Source of the DNA: Ramazzottius varieornatus | Taxonomy: Eukaryota; Animalia; Tardigrada | Assembly (NCBI GenBank): GCA_001949185.1 | Contig: BDGG01000008.1 | Location: 1,364,001 to 1,428,000 of the forward strand | Direction of reading: 5' to 3' | Length of the DNA stretch: 64,000 nt | In this document: positions 1 to 13,463 of the stretch, in pieces | How the letters are laid out: each line of letters opens with the position of its first letter | Numbering within the stretch: the stretch's first letter is position 1 | The notes under the pieces: model-generated | Databases searched by the model: none | What the model was told of the DNA's origin: nothing | What the model saw: only the letters and a program-made list of their open reading frames with translations | Program-made: the position numbers and the translations under genes

Positions 1-618
1 ACGCATTATCTGCACTGCAAGAATCTCGCTTGACATTCCTATCTCTTCCTACTCGTTTTTGTTGTAGCGTACACCCTATGTGTTAATTTCATTTGGCCAT
101 TATTTTACTTTTTATTCCATATTTGGTTTGCTGCTGTTGCTGGCCTTTTGCCTGTTGCGTTTTTGCATTTGTTGCCGCACCTTTGTCAGTTCCTCGCAGA
201 ATTTTGTTGATTTATGCCTATGTCGTTCCATGTGTTTCGAAGAGCTAATCAGTTTAATTCTCCTTCATCCTTTTTACTTGATATATAACTGACTGCGTGG
301 TAACAGATCGCACTTGATGTCAAATTCGATGACGATTGACCCAGTCTGAATAGTCGCGCACGTAAGTTGTAAATTTTACTTGATCCTGCGTCACTTGTAA
401 CTGGCATCCAGACAGAATTTCCACCTCGCGCGCTTTATGCGTGAAATGCTGGCACAGATGCGCCACTTTGCTGTGAGTCGTGAATCACTTCCAGCTTACA
501 GACTCGCGCACTTGGCATGCTGAAGACTTCGAACTGCGCCACTCCGAGAAGAGCTCAACCGTGTGTATTTTGTTCAAGAAACTAATCACAAGTAAAATAT
601 GTAGTACACACGAGGACA

Positions 619-1438
619 TTAGTAGTTCTTCTTGGGTGGGTATTTATGTTTGTATTTTTCTTGAATGTCCTGGCCTTCCCATCCGACGGTGTTGGGCTTG
701 TTATCAGGGGTGATTTTGGTCATAAGGATATCGTGAAACCAAGACGGTCTATTCGTTGGCATTGCAATCACCTTCTTTCCTCCTATAGTCGTAGGGTCCG
801 TCGCTTCTCCCTCGTACACAACAACCACTTCCTGGTGATCAGGAACCCGAGCTTTGATATCCATTGCCGCTTGAATTCGCGCAGTTTCCTCCTTCACTTT
901 CGCGTAGCACGCACCTGGAAATATTAATGCTGCATAGAATAATCAACTGAAAAACGAGAGACCTGCCCTTTCTTACCGCAAACTGTATGAGCTTCATGTG
1001 TGTTCCCGCAGTGTAAGCACGTTATCAAATCTGTCCTAGGCCTCCAAGGTCTCATGTAAGAGAGGCCAAACTGTTTTACGTGCCGTTTCTCCCACGACTT
1101 CCTCTTCTTCGGCACTCCCCAAAAGATACCGTCTTTCAGTGACTCCAGAAATGATTTCTGAGAGCCATCGGACGACGGATGGCTTTGCAGATTCCCGAAG
1201 GCAGAGGGTTGCTCAACTGTGGCTAGCTGTGGTAGACCTGGGAAGGAAGATAACAATATAATTACTTACACAATAAATCATGCTATGATCTTCGTAGCGA
1301 ACTCAACAACGGTATAGAAATGCGTAAGTATCAAGAGGATTCGAGCAGGGTTCACTCACCTGGAAAAGGCTTCCCCATGAAGATGTCGAGCAATGCTTCA
1401 ACGCGGCGAACAGCGAGATCAAGCTTGACCCTAAACAT
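619..1438 (-). CDS. MRPL32: Mitochondrial ribosomal protein L32 (bL32m), 3 exons: 1438-1360, 1237-977, 914-619
   Basis: Spliced product MFRVKLDLAVRR...GIFWGVPKKRKSWEKR...LITCLHCGNTHEAHTVCGACYAKVKEET carries the xVPK and CxxC...CxxC zinc motifs of bL32m. GT-AG junctions keep the frame. Confidence 0.9.
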
Positions 1439-2749
1439 AGCGACGGAGGCGACTTGCGACCCTAGATTCGGACGCTGGCAAGCTGGAGAAGACGGCGGCG
1501 GAAGCGAAAAGCAGCTAGCAGGCACTGGATAAACTTTTCTGAACAGCTTTCTTGGATGTGGAAGGTGTGAGAATTTCGAGGAGAATCTAAGGAGATTAAG
1601 ACTGGAGAATGTTTTCGAGGACAGCGATGGACGGATGATTTACCCAGCCTAATATCAGAAATTTCACATTTGTGACGTACGGTCTGCTATGAACCGGTCG
1701 AAAGAGAGATTTTGTCATCAATGCGCAATTCCTGTCGTGCCAGACCGGAGATCCGGTGTCCGAACACCATTTTCGGCGGTTTTTATACACTTCAGTTCTC
1801 AGTTCGGCACTCGGCACAGTGATCTTTTGTTTTTATTTTCCCTGCTTGTACGGTTTCGGTTTTAGGGACTCCCTGTTCAACTTTTGTTTTTGGTATTAAT
1901 TTGTTTTTCTACTGTACTTGATTGCTTACTATTCGGCCACCGTGTTGTACAATACTAGCGATAACAAAAGTATCTTTATGCTTGATTGCGTTGATTGCCG
2001 CTCAGGAGTTAGGCTGTGTTTGATGTTGGGAAGCCATTCTGTGTTTCGCTGATTTACTGGGTGGATCATCCGTCCAACGTTGCCTGTCATCTAGCTATTC
2101 TAAACCAGAGGGGGATGGCTAAACTGCAGGCATAGTGTAATGGAAGGGTGCTCGATCACCGAGCCGATTTCGGTCGAATGGTTTATACGGCGGACCATTC
2201 GAGCGGAAGCCCATTTTCACGTCGGGCCTGCCGGCGTTGACGTAGGTCTCCATCACGTCGGCTTGTTGGGCGTTCGGTGGGGATGGTTGTTGGGTGTGGA
2301 CAGGAACTGCCTGCTGCTGAGGCGTTACCGCGCCCGCGATGGTTCGCCATTCGTCATAGGTTAATCTGGTTGTAGCGAGAGCTCCCATCAGAGGGATACC
2401 CAGCGGAGGCCCCATGGGGAGCCCTAGTGGAAGACCCAGAGGGAGACCCATCTGAAGACCCGCGGTCAGCCCGGGCATTTGGTAGTGAGCGTATCCCACC
2501 GTTTATTCCACCAAAGAGGTTGAACGGGAAGTTCATGGTCTGAAAGAGTGACGAATTATCGGATCCTTTTGGTCTTCTGTCCACCAAGTGACGGCCACAG
2601 CTCATGCGGCCATGTGTACATACAGTACAACGGCAGTGCAACAAGCAATGTCATGCCCTGTTCGGGGCTGATGGAGGACCGTGTTGGACTGGTCCTAGGC
2701 ATGCTTTGGACAGGACGGGGTGACTCAGGATTTTAAGGAAGAATTTTGC

Positions 2750-3577
2750 GGATGACAGGCAAGCAGGAACATGCGAGGCTGATAGAGAGCTTATGAGTGT
2801 GGGGAGCAGGTCGGTATGACATTCGACCCTGTGCCCGCTGATATCGCTTGAGAGGTCGTGCCGGGGAGCGTCAAACAGGAGACTCTCATGAAGTGGTGTG
2901 TGTCTTCAATGCGCTGTGAGCAAAGACAACGCTTACGGTCTACCCGTAGTACGCGGCCAGCGGGTGAAGACGACCGGTCTGTCTCGACAGAGAAGTTATG
3001 TGAAGATAGTAGGACCCGGCACATTGTGTGCGCGAGTCGAGCGGGGAAATTAACGCTATCAGATAGCCAGGCCGGTAGGGCGTCAGCAGATGGGATTTGC
3101 ACGAGAATATCCAGCTTGGGCGACAGCCGGACCCTATTGTCAACAGCAGCAAAGAACTGTGTTTTGGCTAACGCGAAGAATTCTGTTTGATTAAACCCCG
3201 TATTTTTGCGATGGAATTCTCTGCTGAGGCTGAGTCTTCCAACCCAAAGACTGGTTGAAGGAACCTTCTGTACAGGGAACCTCGCAACTTTCCGTTCACA
3301 AGGATTTGTTTCACGGCGCAGGCTTCAAGCTCTTCGGACGACGAGCGCGCCACCTTGATATAGAAGTTGACAGTCATCTGAGCAATTTGAAGAGTGAGGG
3401 GAAGTATACCCATGATGTGGTACAAGCCACAGTCCCAGGTAGTTCGCCTTACCAAGCAGGTTCTTCGCACCACCAGGTAGAAATTGTTCAGCTTGTCTTT
3501 CTTCAGCAGACGCGACTCAGGTGGGAACCACTCGTTGGAAATGACATGACCTGTGGGAACTATCGACTTAACGAAGG
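2750..3577 (-). mobile_element. Degenerate 3' fragment of a non-LTR retrotransposon (LINE) ORF2
   Basis: Broken minus-strand ORFs (3168-3473, 2791-3102) contain ..GILPLTLQI.. and LSSHNFSVETDR...RCLCSQRIEDTHHF..C, the typical post-RT and C-terminal CCHC region of LINE ORF2. It abuts the TA of the pogo element. The left boundary is approximate. Confidence 0.65.
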
Positions 3578-3579
3578 TA

Positions 3580-5909
3580 CTGTAAAATCTCGTTCAACTC
3601 GACGATAGAAATGCCCTACCCGTATATTTCTAGCCAGGATCATGGATAGTATTTACGGCGTACGCACGTAAAACCCGCTGATTGCTGGTTACACACACTC
3701 TATAAACACGTCTGTACAGCGTAGCTTGATGTCATTCATACCGATTGTACAACTGAAAGCTCGGATAACTCGACCGGATCGTTCTATCCAAGTGCCGCAC
3801 GTTCGCGGGGATATTGAATGGAAGCGTGCGCCACTTTCCAAAGCAAGCAAATCTAAAGTTCTTCATTCAGTTCTATTTGCTGGCTTTTCAGCAGGGGCTA
3901 AGAAAAAATCTTCGTCGAAGAAACTACAGTCCAAGATATTATCATCTTGTTCGACAGTCTCTCCAACAGCCACTTTTTCGAAATTATTGTCCTTGCGAAG
4001 AATCTGGGCTGCGTAGAAAGAGATCGCAATAGCATCCGGCTTGATCTGGTCCCACGCGATGGAAAAAAAACTCACTTTCTTAGGTTTCCAGAGTTGGTGA
4101 AGCTATTATTACTGCGTCGCCAGTGTCTTCCTTGAACGCCTCTTTGAACGACTTATTTGTGCTAACGTTAAGAGGTTGCTATTTTCCGGTCATGCCAGGT
4201 GGTATTGCAATCTGATGTACATTCCATCGCTTCCAAAGTTTCGACGCTTTGCTACGATATATGCACGGAGAAGTTGTCTCACAGCAGCATCATGAATTCC
4301 TGATACACAGGAAATACGGCTTCGATATACTCGAAATCGAAAATGCCATTCCACCAAGCTTTCGGAGCAGACTTATTATGACGTTCTCTGCTGCGCTCAA
4401 CTTTTCAACAAACATATCAGACACTTTCCCTCCCTTTGCCGATGTCTTAAAGATGATTTCAGCAGGCAGCTTCGAACCGTCTGCTCGGATCGTCACATTC
4501 ATAGTTAGACCTTCTTTGTCGCCAGGTGGATGCCTCACCGGAACCTGAAAACGATATTACACACTGTGACCAACGCTTTCCGTCCGTTTTCCATTGTTGA
4601 TTAGTTTATTGATCGCGAACCGTCACGCCACCTGGTACACGGCTATTTTAACAACACCATACGGCAAGTGCAGTACGGTGGACACAACGTCTGGTAAAAT
4701 TTGAAAAACAGACGGTGGGCTTTGTATGTGCTGTACCTGCTTAACTCTCTTAGGAGAGATAGTTTTCCTCCTAGGAGCTTCCATCCAGACCATAGTCTGA
4801 TCCATGTTTAAGACTCGAGATTTCGGCGTCTTCTTGTTATGAATATGTTCTTCGATCTCCAAGAAGAACTGCTGGTGAACATCCTGAAACGACATTAAGA
4901 AACAGATGACGGGCTGATATTATTTTATTTTGGGCTAATTTTACTTTTCGGGCTCATTTTACCAAGTCTGCTTCGGTGAAAGTGATCTTCCGCGTCATAT
5001 TCGTGATCTCTCTGGTCACAAGACTGTAGTCCCTTTCGAATCTGGCACACCAACAGTCAGACGCCTTGAACTCGGTGCCTCCAAAATTGCGCACAACAAT
5101 ATCCCTCGCTTTTTCCTGGATATCTCCGTTGCTCACTTCTTGTCGTTTTCCTGGACAGCGGAGGTCCAGAACCCATCCATAGAGTTCTACCTTCATTTGA
5201 GGATACATCACGGGAGTCTTCTTTCTGACAGGAGGAGGTCCGGCGCACCTTTACACCTCAAAGTAACTCCGCTGCGTCATTTCTTTACATTAGAAAAATC
5301 TTAAGTTACATACTGAGCCAACCTGTCAAAGGGGTTGTAGAGATCTGCACTCTTCTGGCGAATTCCGCTATGGAAGTTTTCTTCTGGTTGTTTTCCCCGT
5401 AGTAGTAATTAGAGACACGTCTCTTTTCCACAATGGAGTAGGTATTCTGGTGCCTGCCCATGTTCTCCGATGCTTTTCCAAAGATACTCAGAAAACGTTC
5501 TGCGATGCTGACGAGCCTGGCCAACGATCCCAAGACGTGACCAGTCGGCGCGTGGCCGCAAAGTTTTGACCAAGTTGTTCACCTCCCCAACTTCTGCAGC
5601 GCAGCACAACGATAAATGGCTGGTTACTGAAGATATCGTATGCATACCCACAAGCGAAGAATTGCCTCGAAGATCCTCCAAACTTAAACGTAGACAAAGG
5701 CAAGAGAATCGCAACTCGAAGCTGGAATTTCAGAAATGATGCATATTGCGTCAGCCTTGCTCATGGAAAGGCTGCTCGGACTGGGGAGTAAGCCGTGTGA
5801 CCAACAATCGGCTGGTTTTACGTACGTACGCCGTAAATACTATCCATGGTCCTGGGTAGAAATGTACGGGTAGGGCATTTCTTTCGTCGAGTTGAACGAG
5901 ATTTTACAA
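3580..5909 (-). mobile_element. pogo/Tigger-like DNA transposon (element 1) with degenerate, intron-containing transposase
   Basis: About 115 bp imperfect TIRs (CTGTAAAATCTCGTTCAACTCGACG... at 3580 and its inverse ending 5909), with TA on both sides. Minus-strand fragments encode an N-terminal HTH (5306-5460), a CENP-B HTH (YPQMKVELYGWV...FKASDCWCARF) and DDE_1 pieces (NMDQT, TIRADGSKLP). Frameshifts are present. Confidence 0.9.
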
Positions 5910-5948
5910 TACACGATTTACGAATGTACACCTCAGTCTTTCACGAGG

Positions 5949-8109
5949 GGAAGACACAACAGGAAGCGGAAGTAACGTCAAAATCTGGGCGGAACATCGG
6001 CATCAGTCAAGTAATTTGATTGTGCGCTGGTTGATTCGCTAATTGATTGGTCTGTAACACTATATGGGTAGAAGAGCAACTGATCACTACAGTTTTGAGT
6101 GTTGTGTCAAACTTCGTTCTCTTTTCTCGTTTTCTCTCCTCCAGTTATCGCAGACATGGATTCTATTAACCCCTTGAACATCCTAAAGCTTTTGCAGATG
6201 GACTATGAACAGGATTTTCAACCCAACGACTCTCCAAGTGACCATGACGAGTTGCTCAAGGCACTCATCAAGGTATGGTAGTTTGTTGATAAGGTATACA
6301 CTTGAAGCCTATCCGAATCCATCATTCGCTTGCAGACTTCCTGGATATTCATATCAACCAAGCTGGAAGTCCGATCTTGGCCATCGAGGACGATCTTCAG
6401 TACGAGCTACAGATCAGTATGCCGACGTTCGAATAGTTCGAAAAGTCTGTCGCAGAAAACAACCTGTTGACTGGACTTCGCGAAGCTGATTTTGAGCCAA
6501 CTCCAAACGATCGCCTTGCAAAACCTGACTCAAGCGCAACTGAACCTTCTTCGCATGAGCTTTTTGTGCCCGATCCAAAAGTGCCGTCGAGCCAAGCAGA
6601 TGATTTCTACTACAAGAAACGCGTTGTATGATTCTGAAGTAATGCCATCACAAAGAGGCGACGTAGTCTGTCAAGTGTTCAAGTCTTATTCAAGAAAGTT
6701 ACCAGTGTGCGTTAGCTCAATGAATGGAAGCGGCAGGTAGAAGACGGTGGTTCGCGTATCGATAAGCTGAAGGCGTTACGACTGGAGACTGGAAGACAGT
6801 TCTTTCTCGCCAAGCAGAAGCCTCGCGTAGTGAAGGACATAGACATCCGGCGATGGGCTATCACCGCGGATCGCGAGATCGGCCTTCCTGGTTTGGTAGC
6901 GTCGTCATATTAGGTTAGCAGATTTAAGCGGTAAGTGCCATATCGTGTTCTAATTTTATTTGGTGATTATTTGGTTTTAGCGGTATTTGGTTTTAGCGGT
7001 AAGTGCCATATCGTGTTCTAGTTTTGTTTGTTGTCAATATTCCTGAACGATTTAATTTGCGGTTTAGGTACTACGGTATCTGCGACCGCAAAATCACCAA
7101 GTTCGTGACAGAAAAGTATCTGCAGGAAGAACCAGATAGAAAGAAAAGTGCCGACGAATGCGTTGCTTCCGTCAGATCAAGGATTCAAGCATATACACTG
7201 GACTGCCTCTGGAACGCTGATCAGTCTGGATTCGAATACGAGATGAGGCCAGGGCGGACGTTGGATTTGGTGGGCGCAAAGCACGTTCTTGCTCTCACTC
7301 GGTCTATGAATTCCATGACTCACAGTTACACTGTGATGATGTGTGTCTCACCAGGTGCTCGAAAGTATCTTCCCGTTCTTTTCACTACACTGCAGGAAGA
7401 TAAAGGTGTCTTCGAGCCGATCGTGAAAAGAACGATGTTTAGAGCGAGCAACGTTCACGTTACCGCATAAACATCCGGCAAAACGACAAAGGAGCTTTTC
7501 GTCGAATGGTGCGAAAAGGTCTTCTTCCCACAAATAGACGGACAGTGCTTGTTCCTGGCAGATTCTTGGCCGACGTTTGCCGATCAAGAAGCTGTAGAGG
7601 AAGTCAAGCCAGAGGAACTGGAGTACGAGATCATCACGATTCCTCCTAAAGTCACCGGCCAGATCCAGCCTCTAGATGTGCTGTGTTTTCGGATGTACAA
7701 AGGATACTTTCGAAAGGTGTCAAACTGGATATTTCTGAACGATCAACTTGTGCAGGTTCACCATCGGGACGTTATTCTCAAGCTGCATTCGCTGATATAT
7801 CAGCAGTTCATTTCTCGTAGGTTTGAAAATCTCATCGCATAAGCCTGGCATTTGTCTGGATACATTGACAGGTCTTACAAGTACGTAAATCCTGCGGAAT
7901 TTTGTTTTGATGGACTAGTTGGTCCTTGTGACCGTCTTGACTGTAACCGCTCGTTGCTGTTGAAGTGTGGCTGGTGTAAGGCTCCATTGTGCTTCCATCA
8001 TTTTTAGGAGAGATATCATCTCTGTAAAACTTATGTTCCTTGATGGTCTCTATTTTTACCATGTCCCGCCCAGATTCTGACGTCACTTCCGCTTCCTGTT
8101 GTGTCTTCC
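5949..8109 (+). mobile_element. pogo-like DDE_1 transposon (element 2), pseudogenised transposase
   Basis: About 50 bp inverted repeats (GGAAGACACAACAGGAAGCGGAAGT... at 5949-5997 vs 8061-8109). Motifs WNADQSGF, THSYT, LADSW, IPPKVTGQIQPLDV and a Cys-rich C-terminus. In-frame TAA at 7468-7470 and other stops. Confidence 0.85.
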
Positions 8110-8580
8110 AGGATTTTTTTCTACCGGCCTGGTCTATCCCAGTCGATAGAGAAAACTTTCCTCTACCTCTCTGTCGTTTCAGTTTGTGACATAAGACTGG
8201 AGCATTGGCTAAATCCCCTCGTCAGTACAAAATGGTACGTACATAATCTACAGTACAGTGATCCAAAAGGAAAACACATCTGTCAGACGAAAGCTTGTCC
8301 AAAGTTAAATCAGGAATAAGAAAGCGAAGAGAATCAAAATCAGATAACAGCAGTAAAGCCAAGTCACACAGGTGACAGGTACAAAGTAAACAGGAAAAGC
8401 TAAAACACGAAAAATACATGCAAGCCCTTTGAAATCAGGACAGAGCGTGGAAAAAGACTTGCAACGCAGTTACCAATGTCGGTAGAGAACTTTAAACCAT
8501 AAAAAGGGCAGAAGTAACATTACGAGTTTGAACCCCAACGAAAAAGAGACAAAAATGGTATGCGAAAGCCTTCTGTGGTT

Positions 8581-10119
8581 TCAGTCAATGCCCATCCGAG
8601 CATTGCGTTCCTTCAACAAAACTGTCTCGTCCCATATCAGCTCTTTCAGGCGTTCTTTCGGCAGATCATCGTACTCCACTTCGAAAGTGAAGGGTTCTTC
8701 GGAGACAGGTTCGTCGCCGGGATCGTAGTAGATATCCAAGTATGGATGTCGCAGTGCTTCCTCCACTGTGATCCGCTTGTCAGGATTGAACGTCAGCATC
8801 CGTTCCAACAGGTCCAGTGCTTTTGCATCTGCAGCGGGGAATATCTTCAGCCAAGGCTGCTTGGCTTTGGACGGAAGCGACTGCAGGTAACTACGAGCCT
8901 GTATAGCAGAATTTTAGTGATTACTTTTTCTTCAGAATTTAAAAGCAACACCCTTCCGTCTAGACGCACTCGTTCGTTATAGATGCTATTTAGGTCCTCC
9001 GCGGTAGGTGATCCAAGAATGTTCAGGATATGATTCAACTGATCGAGGTCTGAAAATAACAAAGTTGCTTAGAGTTTAAGCTCGTTTTCTAGTCGAGAAA
9101 GTTCGGAGGAACTGCGAGGGTACGCCCGGCACGCATGAGACAACAGATGAGAAGACTGCAGAGTGGCCATTGAATATCCCCACACACGTGCGCATGTGAC
9201 ATCAAAAGGTGAACGTACCGGCCGTTACAAACTAGCATAGCCGGGCTAACGTAGTGCGCAAGTTAACCCGGGTACGAATTGACTTACAATGTTTTCCAGG
9301 GAAAATTGGACGGTTACTCAGGCACTCGGCCAAAATGCACCCGACGGACCACACATCGATGGACTTGGTATATCCTCGAGAATTCAGCATAATCTCAGGA
9401 GCACGATACCATCTTGTGGCGACGTATTCAGTCAGGAAGCCCCGATGATCATGCTCCGGATCAGCCACCCTCGCCAGTCCGAAGTCACAGATCTTCAGGT
9501 CGCAGTTGGTGTTTAGGAGGAGATTACTGGGCTTCAAATCGCGGTGAAGGACGTTGGCTGAATGTATGTACTTCAGACCACGTAGGATCTGATAAAGGAA
9601 GTAGCAGACATGGTCATTGGAGAGACGTTGTGTCTTGAGGAGCTTGAACAGATCAGTTTCCATTAATGCCTGAACGATGTATACATCGGTCATTTGCTCG
9701 ATTGTCGGAGCCCGAAGAACGTCGCGAATGTCGATGATGTTCTCGTGTTTGAAACGACTGAGAATCTTGATCTCTCGGAGGGTTCTCTGGCAGTAGGTCT
9801 GATGTTCGAACGGGGAGATTTTCTTGATAGCCACTTTCATCTTCGTGACGGAATCGTGAGCTGCGACAACCATACCATATGCACCTTCACCTATGAACTG
9901 CAGGTTCGAGTAACGAACGCCAACGTTAAATATTTGTCCTCTGACTTCCTGCGATCCGGGAGGCAAATCTCTCAGCAGACGGCTGGCTGGAATTTCAGGT
10001 GCGGGATGAGAGTGAGCGGATACTGCAGAATCGACATCCATGTTGAAATCTCCCATCCGTGAGGGTTTCTTGTCCTCTACTTCCATAGTTTCAGGTTCCG
10101 CGGCTGCAAGACCGTTCAT
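8581..10119 (-). CDS. MAPK1: ERK1/2-type MAP kinase (rolled orthologue), exons 10119-9288, 9049-8970, 8898-8581
   Basis: [44 protein letters not shown] activation loop and CD domain YYDPGDEP. Junctions give PGKH|YLDQLNHIL and NER|ARSYL. Confidence 0.97.
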
Positions 10120-10820
10120 CTGCCTGTAAACAACACCACCAGAGTTGCACGAGCAAACTTCTACATCATCCCCATGCCCGTCAACGGAAATAATTTCACA
10201 CGACGCAGACTAACATCAACAATTAAGATGACCGTAACCTTCGAAAGCAAGACCCCAGCGGCTGGGGCCCAGCCGCCCTGCTGGCCGCGGCACACAGATT
10301 TAGATGGAAGCCACACGAAGACGGACAACTTGCTAAGTTAAAACAGGAGCACAAGTAGGCATGGTGAGCAGTGCCAGACAAATCAGCGAACGGTTTTCTT
10401 TTGGGTGAGTCCTCCACCCAGTGGGTCCCCAGGACAAAACCTGGGGGCTGATTTGCCATTCGTTCGAATGTTTCCCAAAATATTCTAAATTTTGATGTTC
10501 GATTAATTTTATTTTTCTTCCTACGCATGTGCCTTAAGAGATTCTGACTGGACAGGTACCTTCCAGCGTTCGATTGCGGTACATCAGATCGGCACAGTGT
10601 GCTTCGTTGAGGTTGCAGGGAGGGAGACGAATACAGGTACGGGATCCGTGAGCGGCAATGCAGCACCATTTGCAGCTTGCGCAAGCTACAAAATCAGCTT
10701 GCAAGGCGTTTCTGAATTGCTCGTCCGAAAACTCGAGTAGTTAAAGCGTCTGAGCTGAAGTACGACGTAGATATCTTGGTAGCTGACATATGTTGTTCTT
10801 CATTTTGACAGGCAAAGACT

Positions 10821-12757
10821 ATGTCAGGCCGAAACCGAAAGGGCACAAGTCCAGGTGAAGGCAGCAGCAGAGGCAGAAACGCTAGTCCAGATGCCGTCTC
10901 CGATCGCTCCAACAACACCCACGAAAGGCGTAAATCTGGTCCACAGCGAAAGCGAGCTCAGAAAGACCCTAATGCACCAACTCGACCACTGTCAGCGTAC
11001 CTGCTTTTTCTTTTGGATAAGCAAGAGGAGATTCGCAAAGATAACTCGGAGATCACCGGCGTTGCTGATGTCACTCGAATGGTTGGCGCAGCTTGGCGGG
11101 AAATTACTCCAGAAACCAAAAAGGTCTGTTTCAGATTTTGTGTTGATCAACAAACAATAATCCAACAAGTTGCGGCACTAAATGCCGGTCTTGAAAAACA
11201 CGAAAAAACACAGTTAAGGAACATAGAAACCAACTGCAGAGGAAACCTATTAGGTTTTCATGCACCTGCATAGTTGAACCCTCGGTAAATGCTCAGAACA
11301 GTGTATGCAGGTGGGCGAGAGGGAGTTCATTTGCTGCGGCGTCGTTTGCTGGCCAAATTTTGGTTTTTTGTTGGTGCTGGAAAATTTCAACTTAGTGAAC
11401 TTATTAACAGCTGTATTAAGTTTTCACTCTTAACAGCCGGAGATGCAATTAGAGATCTGTATATTCGCTGTTGGTTTCCCAGCAAAAAGTAATTTGCTGT
11501 TTTTATCTTGTTTCCAGAAATACGAAAAGAAGGCGGCGATTGAGAAGGAGAAGTACCACCAGGAGATGGCCGAATACGAAAAGACGCAAGATCATCGGGA
11601 TTGGGTTGCTTCTCACAACAAGCAGAACGATGAAGAGAGTCATGAGGCAGAGAAAGATGACGCCGATGCTGCAAGTCCAGCTCCTAAAGCCAAGAAGCGC
11701 AAGCATCGTCGAAGTGGCCGTGACAGTGGTGCTGAATATTCAGGGGGTCGCAAGCGTACAGAACGAGAGACTTCCGTAGAGTCGGACAGACCTCCGAAGA
11801 TGCTAAAGAAACGCGGTCGAATGCATCCACCGAAGCAGTCAACTCCGGCTTCGGGCTCTTCTTCCCCCGAAAAGTCGGATCATATGTCGGCTGCACAGAA
11901 ACGCGATGTGCAGAAACGTGCCTTGATGGTCAACAACAAAAGTACGTGTCCGCTGTAGAAATTTTAATCATAACATTCAAAATTCAACACAAATCGAGGG
12001 AGAATTCTAAATTCACAAGGCGAGGAAGACTCTACGAAATCTTCAAAATGTCAAACGATGAAACTGAAACATCGAAGGATGAGACTGTACGATGTAGGAG
12101 AATAACGGAAAGTAACCTGAATTTTACATGAGTAAAGCAAATTAGAATATAAGCCAACAAACTCGACAAGATTGTTTTCTAAGTGGCGCACGCTTTCAGC
12201 CAGTAGCTTCGGAAAGATGCGCCATTTGGCGAAAAGTCTTGTTTAGTGGGTCTGCCGAAGCTTCCAAATGAATAGACAATCATCATTATACAGATCACAC
12301 GATCATTTTTACAGAAGATTCTCCGTCGATCAACTTCGCTCAAGAACTACGCGTGCCAGTTTTCACCAAGGAATTCCAAGCCTGGAATACCCAACGCGAG
12401 AAGGATCTTCGCACCGTTCGTCATGCCGCCCACGAGTCGGAGATGGACGTGGCTGGCATGGAGATGGTGCAGCAGCACGAGAAGCGCGCTGTGGAAGACG
12501 CAGCTACTGCCGAGGCGAAGTTGGAGGTGCTGCGCAAGGCCAAGAATGAGATCGTCAACATTCTGCTGCGAGAGTTTTCGGGCATGAAGTTGCCGAGTGG
12601 CTTGATGATTGACGAAGACTCTGTCGAAGAGTATATGGTCGAGCTGGAGAGCGTCACCACCAAGAATCCAGCTCGATATGCCGAACTACTACATAAGGTG
12701 CGCGACGTGGCGCCGCTGTTGGAGAACTACATGCCTCATCTACGTGATCGCTATTAG
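10821..12757 (+). CDS. HMG20: HMG20A/B (BRAF35)-like HMG-box protein, at least 3 exons
   Basis: HMG box DPNAPTRPLSAYLLF...VGAAWREI..KK|KYEKKAAIEKEKY, plus C-terminal PVFTKEFQAWNTQREKDLRTVR resembling the HMG20 IPIFTEEFL..NK.RE.ELR coiled coil. Confidence 0.85.
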
Positions 12758-13463
12758 GACTTTCATAAGAGTCTCCGTTCCAAGTACCTTGCTGTTTTGT
12801 CCGAAGCCAAAGAATGTGAAGAAATGGAATTACTGATTGAATTATCGTTAAAAATTTCTCTCCAGGAAACTCGGGTTGTCTTCTGCGATTGATGAAAATT
12901 AATCGCTACTTACTAAACCAGCTGTACATGAGTTATCCAGATAAATTCTGCTGAATTTGATGGACAAGATGTCACTTTGATAAATAGAATGTTGCACCGG
13001 ACGAAAGAATATGGGACGTGGGAAAATGAACTGAACCGGATCCTTGTTTCAAGCGGCGCATGTTTTCGTTGCTACCGGCTGGATGTATGCTCCACTTACG
13101 AGGGGATCATGCCTGTCCCGACGTGCCGATAGTTAAACCGACCCGGCCAAACTATAGAAGAGATAAGGCTGCAACGTACGCTTGATTCCATTAGTATCAT
13201 TCAATATTAAGCCAAAAAGTTCAGAGAAGAGGTAATTTCAAATTTCTCGAAACGATGAGTCACTGATCCGGCCCTGTTTTGTCCAACGATTGGCTGTGCA
13301 ATTTCCTGCATATCTGCTTCTCTACTTCTCTGCTTCTCCGGCTCGAAGGCTGGATAAGTAGACAAACCAAATTTCATTTTCGTTGCTTCTGCTGTATAAG
13401 ACTCGATGTTACCTGCGCTTCTGTCTCAACAATCACATGTCGATCGATCGATCGCTTCTGACC

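Noticed and set aside
80-292. Hydrophobic ORF at the window start, and the many antisense ORFs overlapping real genes
   Set aside because: T-rich non-coding sequence or shadow frames of the annotated genes.
2119-2536. Minus-strand ORF with GLPL-type repeats and a Gln/Pro stretch
   Set aside because: No in-frame ATG upstream of the repeat region without a frameshift except an internal Met, no recognisable family, and it lies next to LINE debris. It cannot be supported as a gene.
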